DNA of 64,000 nucleotides, taken from the NCBI GenBank assembly GCA_950097015.1, contig CATNEN010000039.1, forward strand, positions 13,516,001 through 13,580,000, in the 5' to 3' direction. This document shows, piece by piece, positions 32,629 through 45,658 of the stretch. The notes under the pieces were generated by a model, which was not told the DNA's origin, did no database searches, and worked only from the letters and a program-made list of their open reading frames with translations. The stretch is from Macrostomum hystrix. Its lineage: Eukaryota > Animalia > Platyhelminthes. The position numbers and the translations under genes were made by a program. Within the stretch, counting starts at the first letter, position 1. The number at the start of each line of letters is the position of its first letter.

Positions 32629-33094
32629 TTCGAGTGTTTCTGAGGATTGAAAATGCAATTGGCCTATTCAGGTTCGAAATTTCGAAAGCTTAATAGACGA
32701 GGGCAAAATGGTATACTAACTGATGCAGGAAACCCCGGAAATAACCGAAAAAGAGCAATGGAATTACGGCTAAGCTATCATATTCGGAGAGCTGCAATGT
32801 GATCATGCTTGAATTGACTACTACACACAGATATTATGCATTAACAGAGGCTCACAATCCCTCTGACACAGACAGAAAAACAATTAAAAGCGAATTAATG
32901 GCTTGTCATTCCAACAAAGCTAATTGCATTAACAGGGTGGACTTGGCCATAGACAATCTGGTACAGTCTGAAGCTTAGCGGCCTCGCAGACAAGTTGGAG
33001 GAGCGATCGGGACTCAGCAGGTCGGGAGTTTAACTTAGCTCAAAATTCATCTAAATCCTTAACCTGCTGAGTTTGATACATTTATTCATGGACT

Positions 33095-33305
33095 TCTCTG
33101 TCTACTCTCATCAGTCTACTCTCCTGTCTACTCTCCTCTGTCTACTCTCCTCTGTCTACTCACCTCTGTCTACTCACCTCTGTCTACTCTCCTATGTCTA
33201 CTTTCCTCTGTCTACTCTCCTCTGTCTACTTTCCTCTGTCTAATCTCCGCTGTCTAGTCTCTCCTCTGTCTACTCTCTCCTCTGTCTACTCCCTCCTCTG
33301 TCTAC
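33095..33305. repeat. ~14-bp minisatellite (CTCTCCTCTGTCTA)
   Basis: Direct reading. Confidence 0.9.
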
Positions 33306-33967
33306 GTTCTCGTTCACAGTCGTGGACCCGTACGCTTCTTGGCACGTTGAACTTGGCTCCTTCTTGGCTCCATGATCAGCGGCGTCTCGGGATTCGGAGC
33401 CTGTCTCTAAGTGCTGGTGATGAGGTCTTCTCGACTCAATGCCAGCACACAGGGCACAATTCCAGTCTCTTTCAGAAGGAGATGCTCGCTATCTGTTCCA
33501 GCGCGGCGGAGATGCACCAGAGAGCCATGACGTGTCAAAAGAGCAGCTTTCATTCCGGTAGTCAGGGCCAAAGATTATATATTATATATCTTCCTTGCGA
33601 GACAGAAAGAACAAAAATGCTACTTCTGCTACTGAAAAAAGTAGGCGGAACGCGTGATGTAATCTAGTATATTCTAGTATCTGTGCTTGAACGAGCAAGC
33701 AGTTCTGATAATATAATATAACAGGCCTGAACAGATCAGTGCGCCTGTTTTTCCGTGTTTTTCAAACTGAATACTAATTAAACGTCAGAATTTAAACGCC
33801 ATTGTGCTTAGTATTTTCAACTACAGAACAGGAAAACTCTTTCTGGGCTAATAAAGACCTACGTTTCCTAATACAATTAAATAATAAATTTTTAGAAAAT
33901 TAAAATCGTTTTCATTATCGTTCTCGTATTTTTCAGACGAATTCCGACTCTAATTGGCAGCACCAGA

Positions 33968-35298
33968 TTAGTCAGCCACGGACAATGAACTCGCCGCTGC
34001 TGGCAGAGCTGAGAGCAGCCGGTACTGCAACAGGTGGCACAGGCCCTGCTCACGATTGAAGATCACCGCCTCGCAGCCGATGTCGCACAGGTAGACGCAC
34101 TCGAGTAGTCCGCGAACGCTCACGGTGCTGTAGGCCAGCGCGTATGGCATGCTCATGCCGACCAAGGTGCGATCGCCAAAAACAAATGCTCCCTCTGCGG
34201 TAAAAAATGGAAACACGGTCGTTGTAAACTAGCTTTTTACATAATCTACTAGACAATGGACTTCTTGTGAGCACGCAAATAATATTGTAATAATTGACTA
34301 CACCTGCCCCAGTCAGGCCAGATGGGCAGCCGCAGCTAGTACAGCCGTTCAGTCCATGGACTGGAACCGCCACTCCCACCCTCAATTATGCCAGCTGATG
34401 CTGCGCTGGCACCCATTGTACAGCGGGCTGAACTGAAGTAACGCATTGATAAGTGTCTTGCTAAAGGACCTGATCCAACCACTGGGCTGAAACTCCCCAA
34501 GAAGATTAGCACGCATAGAATAGCGTATACGACCCGCGACAAACGCACTACTAAACAAGTAGTACATAGGCGCACTCGGGCACACATAAACATGAGCCCT
34601 TAAAATTGATGTGCAACCACGTACATGCACATGTTGGGGAGGCAGTTTATATTCTATTAGTTCTATCGTTCATACCACAAGTATAATGGAAAACTGCGTA
34701 AACAAAACTAGTTAATAGAGTAGATTAAAAGATTAGCACACTATTTATGATGCATAAAGCTATTTGATTTCGTGACGAGAACCCAAACTAGAACCCAAGA
34801 ACAGTATGGGAGATTCCGAGCAATGAACTTGGATTATCGATTTGTTAGTTGCCTCTTTACTGACTCACTGTTTGGATAGATCAGCTCGATGACGGTGTTT
34901 CGGTCCAGGCCTCCGCAGAACTGTGTCGGGTTACCAGAGCAGTAGCTGTTGCAGCCAGAACCGGCTCCCTGGGATCCGTAGGAGTTGCCGCAGCAGCAGT
35001 TGCGAGAGGCTTGCAGGCCAGCAACCTTGAAGCCGCCCAGAGAGCAGAAGCCGGTGCAAAGTTCGTGCGTCATCTGCGCTGAGTTGATGAAGACAGCTTT
35101 GGAATGTACGTAAGGATTTACTGCCGTGCTTCCAATCCTGTTGTAGCCCAGGTTCTTCAGTCCAGGGATGTCTCTGATGCCATTCGTTAGGTCCACAAAG
35201 CATCCGCGATTCACAGTCTGCACCTGACGAGCTGAAGCTGTGGCCAGAGCGCAGAGAAGGACAGCCACAGCTGCTGCAGTGCGAAGTACGTCTCCCAT
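33968..35298 (-). CDS. Secreted WSC-domain + PAN/Apple-like protein, about 218 aa, 2 exons
   Basis: Signal peptide, then WSC motif GCFVD...MTHELCTGFC...AGLQ...CCCG...CNSYCSGNPTQFCGG. Exon 1 is 35298-34869 (GTGAGT, phase 1). Exon 2 is 34194-33968 with LLECVYLC..GCEAVIFN...CHLL. Confidence 0.8.
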
Positions 35299-35604
35299 GG
35301 TGAAATGGAATTCTTTCTTTGATGCAGAATGTGATTCTGGAACAGCTCTACTGTTTTCAGACTAGATACCAGCTCAGTCGAGCAGAGTTGATTCGCAATG
35401 GTGTATTTAAAATGAAATATAGACGCATCTCTAGGCCCGTATCCCTTGGATACGGAAGGTAAATAAATGAAGGCACAAGAGCGAATAGGAAGTTGAATTC
35501 TATCCTTGATTCCCCGCTCCTCACCATTGAGCTGAATCGTATTTGTTTTCTCGTTTCACATGAGTTTTTTATTCTCTGACTGACTGACTAATACTTGAAA
35601 TTAT

Positions 35605-35850
35605 TCGCATATTGGCTCAATGCGTTTGAGGAGGCAATCCTGCCGATTCCGCTGCCTGCTGCAATTTACGCCCTCGTGAGCCAAACTCCAAGGCACAGTG
35701 AAAGTTTGTACTTTCTGACGATGAGAAACTCCGGGAAAATGTACACCTGGGTGATTGTGTGCCTGCGTACAGTATCTGTATGTGCTCAGATCTAGTGTCT
35801 CCAAACGATGTGCCATCGCCTGCAGCTCTCTTGCAATTATTATTATTATT
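35605..35850 (+). mobile_element. SINE family B copy (5'-diverged) with (ATT)n tail
   Basis: Shares GCAATTTACGCCCT...CTCCAAGGCAC and CTAGTGTC.CCAAA.GATGTGCCAT.GCC...GCAATTATTATT with the reverse complement of 47727-48068 and 61140-61410. Confidence 0.7.
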
Positions 35851-36453
35851 AAGTTTCCAAGCGTCTCACTCGAATTTTCGTTCATCAGTAAAATTCTTCT
35901 TCCAGCTCGGCAGGATTCCGGACTTTGCTAGTGAGCTGTGGCGATTTGTGCCCTGCATTTGCCACAGCAAAGAGCCAGACTGCTTCGAACTGCGTCGGGC
36001 TCCAGGTCATTCTACTGTCATGGCTGCCGGCAGCCATACGCGAAGAGCTTGTTCGATCAGGAACTCTCCGGTGCCAAGTGTCCTAAGTGCAACAGCGGTC
36101 ACGTGGAGGTTGACAGCATTCACCCCCAGGAGAAGTGGTCGCGTGCTTTTTCTGCGACTCGGAAATCTCCAGGGACCGATTTCATGAGCAACTGGTAAAT
36201 TAGCAGTTAGCAGCAGCTAAAATAACTGTGGATATTCAGCAGTCTGCTAAAAACTGGTTTCATAAAGCAACTGGTAAATATCTGCAGGTAAATATCAGTA
36301 CTGCTATTCCCCCTAGCATTGAATTCGTGCCATAGACATTCGCTTTGCAGAAGAAGAAGAAGCTGAGTTGGAGAAGGAGAAATAGAAGGAGCGGGTAGTA
36401 TATAAGGCTCTAGTCTCGCTAGCTTAGAAGTCAAAACTGAAAATATTTTAACC

Positions 36454-37092
36454 ATGTCCACGCCGGAGCAAAAGCTCCTCTTTCTGTCTCTCATGAGAGA
36501 CAAAAAGGCTGTTTTGTTCGGTAGTTTGGCGGATAACGCAGAAGCCAAATCGAAAAAGCGACACGCTTGGGAGGAAATCCGAACCACGATGGAGGCAAAT
36601 GGGTTGTGCAAGCCAGTTGCATATCTGCGCGACACAAAGTGGAAAAACATTCGAATGGCAACAATGAAGAAGCGAGAGGCTAGTCGTCAGACGGGCGCCG
36701 GAGGAGGGACTCTTGCCAAGGAGACAGATGTGGATCGTATGGTTCTAGAAGTCATTGGAAAGGAAAGTTCTTCGGTATGTGGGCTTGATGTCGAAGAAAG
36801 TGTGCCCTGCATTCGACCCGATGCCGCTTCCGATGCATCTGTCCATATAGACAACTTAAACCGTACTATGCCTAGCAGCTCGGCGGAAAAGCCATCCATG
36901 GCCACGCCTTCGATGTTGGCCCTGCTCAGCGACGAAGCAGGCGAAGCGCCATCGACACCACGTCGAAGGAAGCCGGAGAAGATGAGGGAAAAAGAAGAGT
37001 TGGTTCTCGAGTTTCTACGACTACGCAACAAAAAGCTGCGCCTGGAAATCCGAAAACTTGAACTCGAGCAGCAAGATGATATACTATGCTAA
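36454..37092 (+). CDS. Myb/SANT-like DNA-binding protein (Harbinger ORF1 type), 212 aa
   Basis: EQKLLFL..M.DKKAVLFG.....KSKKRHAWEEI....KWKNIR....KR....TGAGG, plus a C-terminal coiled coil. Confidence 0.82.
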   Translation: MSTPEQKLLFLSLMRDKKAVLFGSLADNAEAKSKKRHAWEEIRTTMEANGLCKPVAYLRDTKWKNIRMATMKKREASRQTGAGGGTLAKETDVDRMVLEVIGKESSSVCGLDVEESVPCIRPDAASDASVHIDNLNRTMPSSSAEKPSMATPSMLALLSDEAGEAPSTPRRRKPEKMREKEELVLEFLRLRNKKLRLEIRKLELEQQDDILC

Positions 37093-37414
37093 AGCTGTTA
37101 TGTTTCATAGCTAAACTCCTATCTTTCCACATATCATTCTTCCAAACTAATATTTCGCCAACTTCAAACTTCCCCACATCTCATCTTTCCCATATTCCCC
37201 GCTGCCTAACTTCCTTATGTCCCCTTCCTCCCCACATCACCTAGTCCCGACTTCCCTTCTGTATCTTCTCTTCCCCTCTTCCCTAAACATCGGTGCTAGA
37301 TACAAGTCACAAGCGACAAACTTGCCTCGCAAAATGGGCGATAAAGTGTAATCGGAAGCGAAAAGCTTAGAGGAAAACAAGGGAGAATTGCGGCAGAATT
37401 TCACCAGGACTTTT

Positions 37415-37805
37415 GTTTGATATACACAGTAAGGCAGGTAAGCACGGTGTAAAAATAGATCTAGCTCTGCCAAGTAACACGATATCATGAAAAATGTTAA
37501 AATCAGTGATGTGTCACTAATGCATAGCATTGCAAGAATGCACCGCTGCTTTTATCATTTCCGACGTTGTAAACAAACAGAGAACTGTATTAAAAATGCT
37601 TCATCTTATATGCAAAAAATGTTTGATATGCACAGGAAGGCAGGTAAACACGGTGTAAAAATAGATCTAGCTCTGCCAAGTAACAAGATATCATGAAAAA
37701 TGTTAAAATCAGTGGTGTCACTAATTGCAAGAATGCACCGCTGCTTTAATCATTTCCGACGTTGTAAACGAACAGAGAACTGTATAAAACATGCTTCATC
37801 TTCTA
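37415..37805. repeat. Tandem duplication of ~200 bp between the two Harbinger genes
   Basis: TTTGATAT.CACAG.AAGGCAGGTAA.CACGGTGTAAAA-ATAGATCTAGCTCTGCCAAGTAAC...ATGCTTCATCTT occurs at ~37415 and ~37622. Confidence 0.9.
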
Positions 37806-38245
37806 CAATACTAAAAATGAAAATCTTGCTTGGGGATCATGGTCAACTTGGGGATCATTGTCAGCTGGGGGATCATTGTAACTTAAAAAAGCTGAAACTA
37901 CAGCTGCTAAAAAGTATCCACTGGACGAATTAAAAATATTTCTGCTCCCCGAATGGAGGCAAAACTTGCTAGTACTATGCTAAATCTGTTATTTAGATTG
38001 AATGAACACCGAAAAACGCATTGTGTTGTTTACATTTGTTGCATCATTTATTCACGCGTTTATTAGTTTCAGTGTTTATAACAGTGTTTATCAATTAATT
38101 TAAAAGCTTTAACTTCCCAACATACGACAGGATTAAAATTCAATAACGCTGTGTTCGCAAAAGTTGCATACACAAACGTTTAACATTAACATTTGTTCTT
38201 TAACATGCTTTTCAATAGTTAGTTTCTGTTGTCGATTCAAATCAG

Positions 38246-38520
38246 TCATTGGAATAATTCAATAAGTTGTCTTCCCCGGTTGTCGTTTGCGTTCACTACT
38301 TCGCCCTCCATGGGTATATCGATGCCCACCACCGGATGCAAAAGCTCTGCTGCCAAATTGTCGTCAACTTGTCCTTCAAGTTGAATGCAAAGATTGTGCA
38401 GAACAACACACGCCTTGACTATCTCAGCAGAGTAAACAGGACCTTGAACGCGCAGACCATTGAGACAGGGGAAGCGCAATTTTAGCAGTCCGATACTGCG
38501 CTCTACGACTGATCGCGTCT
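38246..38520 (-). pseudogene. C-terminal fragment of Harbinger (HARBI1-like) DDE transposase
   Basis: TRSVVERSIGLLKLRFPCL...IVKACVVLHNLC is the conserved Harbinger C-terminal block. The upstream part is missing. Confidence 0.82.
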
Positions 38521-39519
38521 TCTTTTTTATATAATTATCAATTTCAGCGGCGTTGCATGAAGCCGTAACAATAGAGAGTCACAGCAGAATGATCTACAAT
38601 GTACCGCTTCTCAGAGAATAATATTAGGTCACGCGCAAATAGCAGCTTGGCTAAAAGAAAATTGGAAGTGCGTGACCAACTTAAAATTATGCAACGAAGC
38701 TTTAGCTAGTTGAATTAAAACAATATTTTAGTAGTGGTGCCTTTAGAATAATTTGATGCTGCAAGATATTTATTTACTATCGGAATTTGTACAACCCAAA
38801 ATTAGATACAGGAAGTAAGTCCGATTCGTATTATTCTTAGTATCACAAAATTCCGGATCAAATTCAGACAGCACACGTGAAGAAGATGTGAACGAAGGAT
38901 TTTGTCTATAACTTTCAAACCATTTGATAAAAATGCTTAATTTTGCACAGGGTTGTATAAAAATATGTGCTTGAGGTGGTACAAATGTGGTACAGGCCGT
39001 ATGTATTCTATTTTTGGAGAGAGAAGACCATTTGCTACCGGGAATCACTTCATTAAAACTTCAGACGATGATTTTTTGCTTATTAAAGCTCGCTCAGATC
39101 AAGTTTTGAGCTCAAAAGATGCGCAGTTTGCTGAAATTTTATAAATATAAAACGGTACAAGAATCTAGTCAGAAGCGAGGGCGCCAGTCATCAGCCCAAT
39201 GCCAGCCGCACCGATTTTTTTAAATCCGGAAATTTGAAGGCTTCAAAAGTGACATATTTAGCAATATTATGATAATTTAACGTGTGGTACAATTAAATCT
39301 AGTCAAAATCTATTAGAAAAGACGGATTTTGCAAGTGGTACAAGTGATTTTAAAAAGTGATGCGGCTGGGTTGCGGCTAGAGACACGTCGGTGTTTCATG
39401 TCACATGAATTTGTTTCTGAAAATGGCGCATGACTCATTCCTAAAATAGATTAAACGTTATAGCTAAGGTTTCCTTGTGATATTACTTTAAGTAGCGCGT
39501 TTAAGCAAATGGCATATTT

Positions 39520-39597
39520 TACTCTGCTGCTGGGGGGAATTAGTTCTCTGCTGCTGGGGGGAATTAGGGGGGAATTAGTTCTCTGCTGCTGGGGGAA
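39520..39597. repeat. Short tandem repeat (TCTCTGCTGCTGGGGGGAATTAG x~3)
   Basis: Direct reading. Confidence 0.8.
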
Positions 39598-40136
39598 CAT
39601 TGGTTTTTTACTTTTTACTGATGAGGGGATAGTATTCACATGTACCTTAGTAGCATTAAGCTGAGTTGTATCAAACGTAAGTTACTTGTGTAATTTTGCC
39701 CCAATGGGGCTCTTGGTGTACAGACCGGATGTCTGAGAATGTATTCAAGCTCAGACTGACTATTTTTGTATTTAGTGAGAATTCAAATTCTCTTTGATTC
39801 GCAATCACGTATATTCGCAATCAGGGAAATTAATACTGACGAAATAAGTTTTCGTTTTTGTTTGCTTTCAGGTGTGTTTTGTCCCTATGCATTGTCCCTA
39901 TGCAAGATTTTTTGTCTGAACAGTATAGTGCCCCCCAAGGGGGGCTCAGTGTTCTAGTCTTTTACTACTCTCTACACGGGGAATCGAACTAGGGGACCTT
40001 GGTGCGAGAGGATCCAAATTTTTTTTTGTTTTTTTGCCGAAAGAATAAAGGCAAACAGAACATTTTCAGAGTTGCTTTCAAATGAAGCATATTTAAAGTC
40101 AGAAATGGAAGCATCAGAATTACAAAATTTCAACCC

Positions 40137-40950
40137 CTAAAACAGATGTCGCTGTAAACACAATCCAAACAATAGATTGCAGCGCAACTCCCATCCAGCG
40201 CACTTGTCAGCAGTGACTGCTTGACCAACAGCTTCAACGTTCAAGTTGCTGAATCTCCACTGCTCAAGTGTCACTCCTTCTGGTGGAACTTGCTCATCCT
40301 CAACTATACCGGCTTTTGCCAAACGGTTCTTGAGACTTGACTTCAACGCACAGTTGGCGCATTCTGTCGGGCTTAGAAATGGCGAAATACGGGGTTAGGA
40401 TTCGTGTCGTAATTCTATCCCGATGGTTCTCTCGGATCTCCACATTACGGTGAAAATTTGGACCATTATGAAAATTAGCCAGTTTCCGGTAGGGTCCAGT
40501 TGATGGCAGCGGTCTGCTAGGTGGTCTAAAAATTACTGAAACCGTTGCTGCGTTTGGCCACCTCTCTGGATGACAGAATGCACCAACCCGAACTCCGACG
40601 AAATTGCAATGCAAACCGTAACGTTAGGATCTCTCTTGGTTGTCACCGTACGCTACATATATCTATCAAAGTTTTATCTTATCTAAGTAGACAGTGTGTA
40701 ATCCTGGAGCATGAAGTTAGCGTATTCACTTCTGGCGTACAGGCTTTTGACTTTGTTGGTGTTTTGGCGAATATCCGTCCCCTTGGTAGCAAGTTTAACC
40801 GTAAAGAGCAAACCATCCATTGTTCGATCGATAAGGCTTGTCAGGAAAGCGTCCGATCAGCTTCTCAGCCATCGACTTTAGCGTTAGAAAGGGATTTTGC
40901 TGCGAGATGTTATCAAAAATCTCATATCTCAGCCATTTCGCCATTATTGC
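40137..40950 (-). pseudogene. Highly degenerate IS630/Tc1-like transposase
   Basis: Stop-ridden minus-strand translation gives TTKRDPNVTVCIAISSEFGLVH...F..FL..L...SPFLSPTECANCALKSSLKNRL, resembling the Tc1/IS630 (P)YSPFLNPIE..W..LK region. Confidence 0.55.
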
Positions 40951-40966
40951 TTAACTGATCAACCGA

Positions 40967-41317
40967 AGATGAGAGATGGACAGTTGGTGAGAGATGGACA
41001 GTAGATGAGAGATGGACAGTAGATGAGAGATGGACAGTAGATGAGAGATGGACAGTAGGTGAGAGATGGACAGTAGATGAGAGATGGACAGTAGATGAGA
41101 GATGGACAGTAGATGAGAGATGGACAGTAGGTGAGAGATGGACAGTAGATGAGAGATGGACAGTAGATGAGAGATGGACAGTAGATGAGAGATGGACAGT
41201 AGATGAGAGATGGACAGTAGATGAGAGATGGACAGTAGATGAGAGATGGACAGTAGGTGAGAGATGGACAGTAGGTGAGAGATGGACAGTAGGTGAGAGA
41301 TGGACAGTAGGTGAGAG
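40967..41317. repeat. 18-bp minisatellite (GAGAGATGGACAGTAGAT), about 19 copies
   Basis: Direct reading. Confidence 0.96.
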
Positions 41318-41564
41318 GGCTCGCATGGATATGTTAAGGAGAAAAAATGGCCTTACTAAAAGCTTCATCGATCAATACAGATTCTGCACTGCAGTCAGCG
41401 AGCGACATCAATCGTTTGGATCAATCAATCATAATAGAGAGGAAAATAGAATATATCCCGCGAGTAAGGGTTGCCATGATTGCTGTTAACTTCATGGATA
41501 CTCTTTGTCCGCGTTTTCGGTGGACCGTTATGGATTCTAGGTTCGCCAACATTTCGCCAAAAAC

Positions 41565-43990
41565 AATGGGTCTAAGGGGCGCCACCATGGGTTTTAGGGG
41601 CGCCACCATGGGTTTTAGGGACGCCACCATGGGTTTTAGGGACGCCACCATGGGTTTTAGGGACGCCACCATGGGTTTTAGTGACGCCACCATGGGTTTT
41701 AGGGACGCCACCATGGGTTTTAGTGACGCCACCATGGGTTTTAGGGACACCACCATGGGTTTTAGGGACACCACCATGGGTCTTAGGGACGCCACCATGG
41801 GTCTTAGGGACGCTACTATGAGTTTTAAGGACGCCACCATGGGTTTTAGGGACACCACCATGGGTTTTAGGGACGCCACCATGGGTTTTAGTGACGCCAC
41901 CATGGGTTTTAGGGACACCACCATGGGTTTTAGGGACACCACCATGGGTCTTAGGGACGCCACCATGGGTCTTAGGGACGCTACTATGAGTTTTAAGGAC
42001 GCCACCATGGGTTTTAGGGACACCACCATGGGTTTTAGGGACGCCACCATGGGTTTTAGTGACGCCACCATGGGTTTTAGGGACACCACCATGGGTTTTA
42101 GGGACGCCACCATGGGTTTTAGTGACGCCACCATGGGTTTTAGGGACACCACCATGGGTTTTAGGGACGCCACCATGGGTTTTAGTGACGCCACCATGGG
42201 TCTTAGGGACGCTACTATGAGTTTTAAGGACGCCACCATGGGTTATAGGGACGCCACCATGGGTTTTAGGGACGCCACCATGGGTTTTGAGAATGCCACC
42301 ATGGGTCTTAGTGACGCTAGCATGGGTTTTAAGGATGCTACCATGGGTTTTAGGGACGCCACCATGGGTCTTAGGGACGCCACCATTGGTTTTAGTGACG
42401 CCACCATGGGTTTTAAGGATGCCACCATGGGTTTTAAGGACGCCACCATGGGTTTTAAGGACGCCACCATGGGTTTTAAGGACGCTACTATGAGTTTTAA
42501 GGACGCCACCATGGGTTATAGGGACACCACCCTGGGTTTTAGGGACGCCACCATGGGTTTTAGGGACGCCACCATGGGTTTTAGGGACGCCACCATGGGT
42601 TTTAGGGACACCACCATGGGTTTTAGGGACGCCACCATGGGTTTTAAGGACGCCACCATGGGTTTTAAGGACGCTACTATGAGTTTTAAGGACGCCACCA
42701 TGGGTTATAGGGACGCCACCATGGGTTTTAGGGACGCCACCATGGGTTTTAGGGACGCCACCATGTGTTTTAGGGACGCCACCATGGGTTTTGAGGATGC
42801 CACCATGGGTTTTAGGGACGCCACCATGGGTTTTAGTGACGCCACCATGGGTCTTAGGGACGCCACCATGGGTTTTAAGGACGCCACCATGGGTCTTAGG
42901 GACGCCACCATGGGTCTTAGTGACGCCACCATGGGTCTTAGTGACGCCACCATGGGTTTTAGTGACGCCACCATGGGTTTTGAGGATGCCACCATGGGTC
43001 TTAGTGACGCCACCATGGGTTTTGAGGATGCCACCGTGGGTCTTAGTGACTCTACCATGGGTTTTAAGGACGCCACCATGGGTCTTAGTGACTCTACCAT
43101 GGGTTTTAGTGACGCCACCATGGGTTTTGAGGATGCCACCATGGGTCTTAGTGACGCCACCATGGGTTTTGAGGATGCCACCGTGGGTCTTAGTGACTCT
43201 ACCATGGGTTTTAAGGACGCCACCATGGGTCTTAGTGACTCTACCATGGGTTTTAGTGACGCCACCATGGGTCTTAGGGACGCCACCATGGGTTTTAAGG
43301 ACGCCACCATGGGTCTTAGGGACGCCACCATGGGTCTTAGTGACGCCACCATGGGTCTTAGTGACGCCACCATGGGTTTTAGTGACGCCACCATGGGTTT
43401 TGAGGATGCCACCATGGGTCTTAGTGACGCCACCATGGGTTTTGAGGATGCCACCGTGGGTCTTAGTGACTCCACCATGGGTTTTAGTGACGCCACCATG
43501 GGTCTTAGTGACGCTACCATGGGTTTTAGTGACGCTACCATGGGTTATAGGGACACCACCATGGGTTTTAGTGAAGCCACCATGGGTCTTAGTGACGCCA
43601 CTATGGGTCTTAGAGACGCCACCATGGGTCTTAGGGACGCCACCATGGGTCTTAGGGACGCCACCATGGGTCTTAGGGACGCCACCATGGGTTTTAGTGA
43701 CGCCACCATGGGTTTTGAGGATGCCACCATGGGTCTTAGTGACTCTAACATGGGTTTTAAGGATGCCACCATGGGTTTTAGGGACGCCACCATGGGTTTT
43801 AGGGACGCCACCATGGGTCTTAGGGACGCCACCATGGGTCTTAGTGACGCCACCATGGGTCTTAGTGACGCTACCATGGGTTTTAGTGACGCTACCATGG
43901 GTTTTAAGGACGCCTCCATGGGTTTTAGTGACGCCACCATGGGTCTTAGTGACGCTACCATGGGCTTTAGTGACGCTACCATGGGTTTAG
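41565..43990. repeat. 21-bp minisatellite (GACGCCACCATGGGTTTTAGG), about 115 copies, open in one frame
   Basis: Direct reading. ORF 41347-44046 (899 aa, MGFRDAT repeats) spans it. Coding status unsupported. Confidence 0.96.
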
Positions 43991-45658
43991 GAATGCCATT
44001 TCGTGTGATGAAGCGCTGGTTTTATGATTGTGTCGTAAAAGGATAATATGCTTGAAAAAAGAGGTGCACATTTAGCAAGTGCATTGTATCTCGATCATAA
44101 AGAAGTACATTTGCCTTTTTTGCGAACACTTACATGTACTACGTCCACTACATGCATGTATTTACACAACACAAAAAACCTCGGGTGCTGAATATTTCCT
44201 TAAACCGATTTAGTTTGTAGAATTAATTGCTCAAATATGTTTAGCGCAAATAATGCCTTTTTCTAAGAAATAAAGTCGTGCTAGACAATTGAAAGTATAA
44301 CAAACAACACGGGGAGCACGAACTATAGGACAATGCGGTAGTACATGTACATGTAGTTGACAAATCAAGATCACTTGAGTTGCAATCGGTATCTTAAAAA
44401 GTTTTAAAACAATTTTTACAACTTAACTAGTCTAAACAGTTAGCCAAAAATATTTAAATAATTTGTTTTCTTAGTGTTTAACGCGTACGCTGAACGAAAA
44501 AAATATGCTCAAATTTCTAGTTAACATTGAAACAACTTTAAAATAACACGACAATTTGTTTTTTTTCACTGGCACTTTATATGAAGAGCAACGCAACGCA
44601 ACGTACTATAGTGTGCGCTCCTAAATTAGCTAGTACAGTAGCGTTGTCTGAAGGATAAAATGACGAGAAATTCAAGGGCAGCCGTTGTTAACAAACTAAT
44701 CGGTGGGGCATAAAGAAAAATTATGCAAGAAAAAGTCACAATAGTAGTCGAATGGCCAATAAGCTGATAGTTAAAATGCCATTGTGCATAACAAGCTATA
44801 AAAAGCGTCCGTTCTGTCACCGCTCACTGGTGATTCTGAAGTGCAATACATTTTAATAAACAGGTAACACACGCTTTAGAGTCTTAGACAACTGAAGAAA
44901 AACGAACAACGAGGGTCATTACATTTTGGTTAACAGTAGAGTGACCTCGGGGTATTTCAAATGGTAAAACCCTCATTTTCCTTTTTCAGATGGCATTTTG
45001 TATTTGAGATTCAGCACTGCCTTTCTACTGTTAAAGGAAAATGTCTTAGTAAAGGATTGCTTTCAGGTTGACCAAAACAGATGGTAAGAGCGAATGTCCG
45101 CGTTCTGTGTGCGTGCATGTGCGCTCAGGGTTCAGTGGAACGTACAGTATTGCCAGTGTCCACAGTAAATAAATTCAGGTGTCAATAAATTCAATTGAAT
45201 GTCAATTCAATACAATAATATGGAGCAAAGTGTGAAATGAGCAACTAGATTTATTGGTTCAACTATTGCCTTGCGACTGCATGCGAAAGTGTCACAGTTA
45301 AAGCTATTAAAATTTAAAGTAGATTAAATCCTCAAATTCGCTCGCTTAGTGGTACCGGAATAGATAAGTCAACAAATTTTGAAAAAACTGCATTTCAGGC
45401 GGAATATCAAAATCCCGACTGGCAGTGCGACGAGACAACTGATTGGGAGCAAAATGGGAACAGAAATTTAACAACAACATAACGTACAGATGGGCTTGCA
45501 ACCCGTCTGTGTTCTCAAATTTCTGAATGATCTTGCAGTTACCCGAGGATACAACAATGTTTATCGGAGTAACATCTCAACAATGTGACAGTTTGAGATG
45601 AACTGACTGTCGCAATCTGTTTCGTTGCTATCGCGATTTTGATAGAACGAATTCTGCA

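Larger units (their letters stand above)
36170..38520. mobile_element. PIF/Harbinger transposon remnant (Myb/SANT gene + truncated convergent transposase)
   Basis: Convergent two-gene layout typical of Harbinger. Candidate left terminus CAGGGACCGATTTCATG at ~36170. No right terminus found. Confidence 0.75.

Noticed and set aside
32383-32658. Cysteine-string ORF (CLCCCCCCL) and Arg/Trp-rich antimicrobial-like frame
   Set aside because: The Cys run is the antisense of a short CAG repeat, and codon bias favours a different plus-strand frame.
33310-33560. LINE C-terminal fragment (also ~28400-28770)
   Set aside because: Too degenerate to support beyond a vague resemblance.
40030-44130. Long diverged TIRs enclosing the Tc1 remnant and the 21-bp array
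   Set aside because: Only short matches (AAAGGCAAA, AAGCATATT) with inconsistent spacing.
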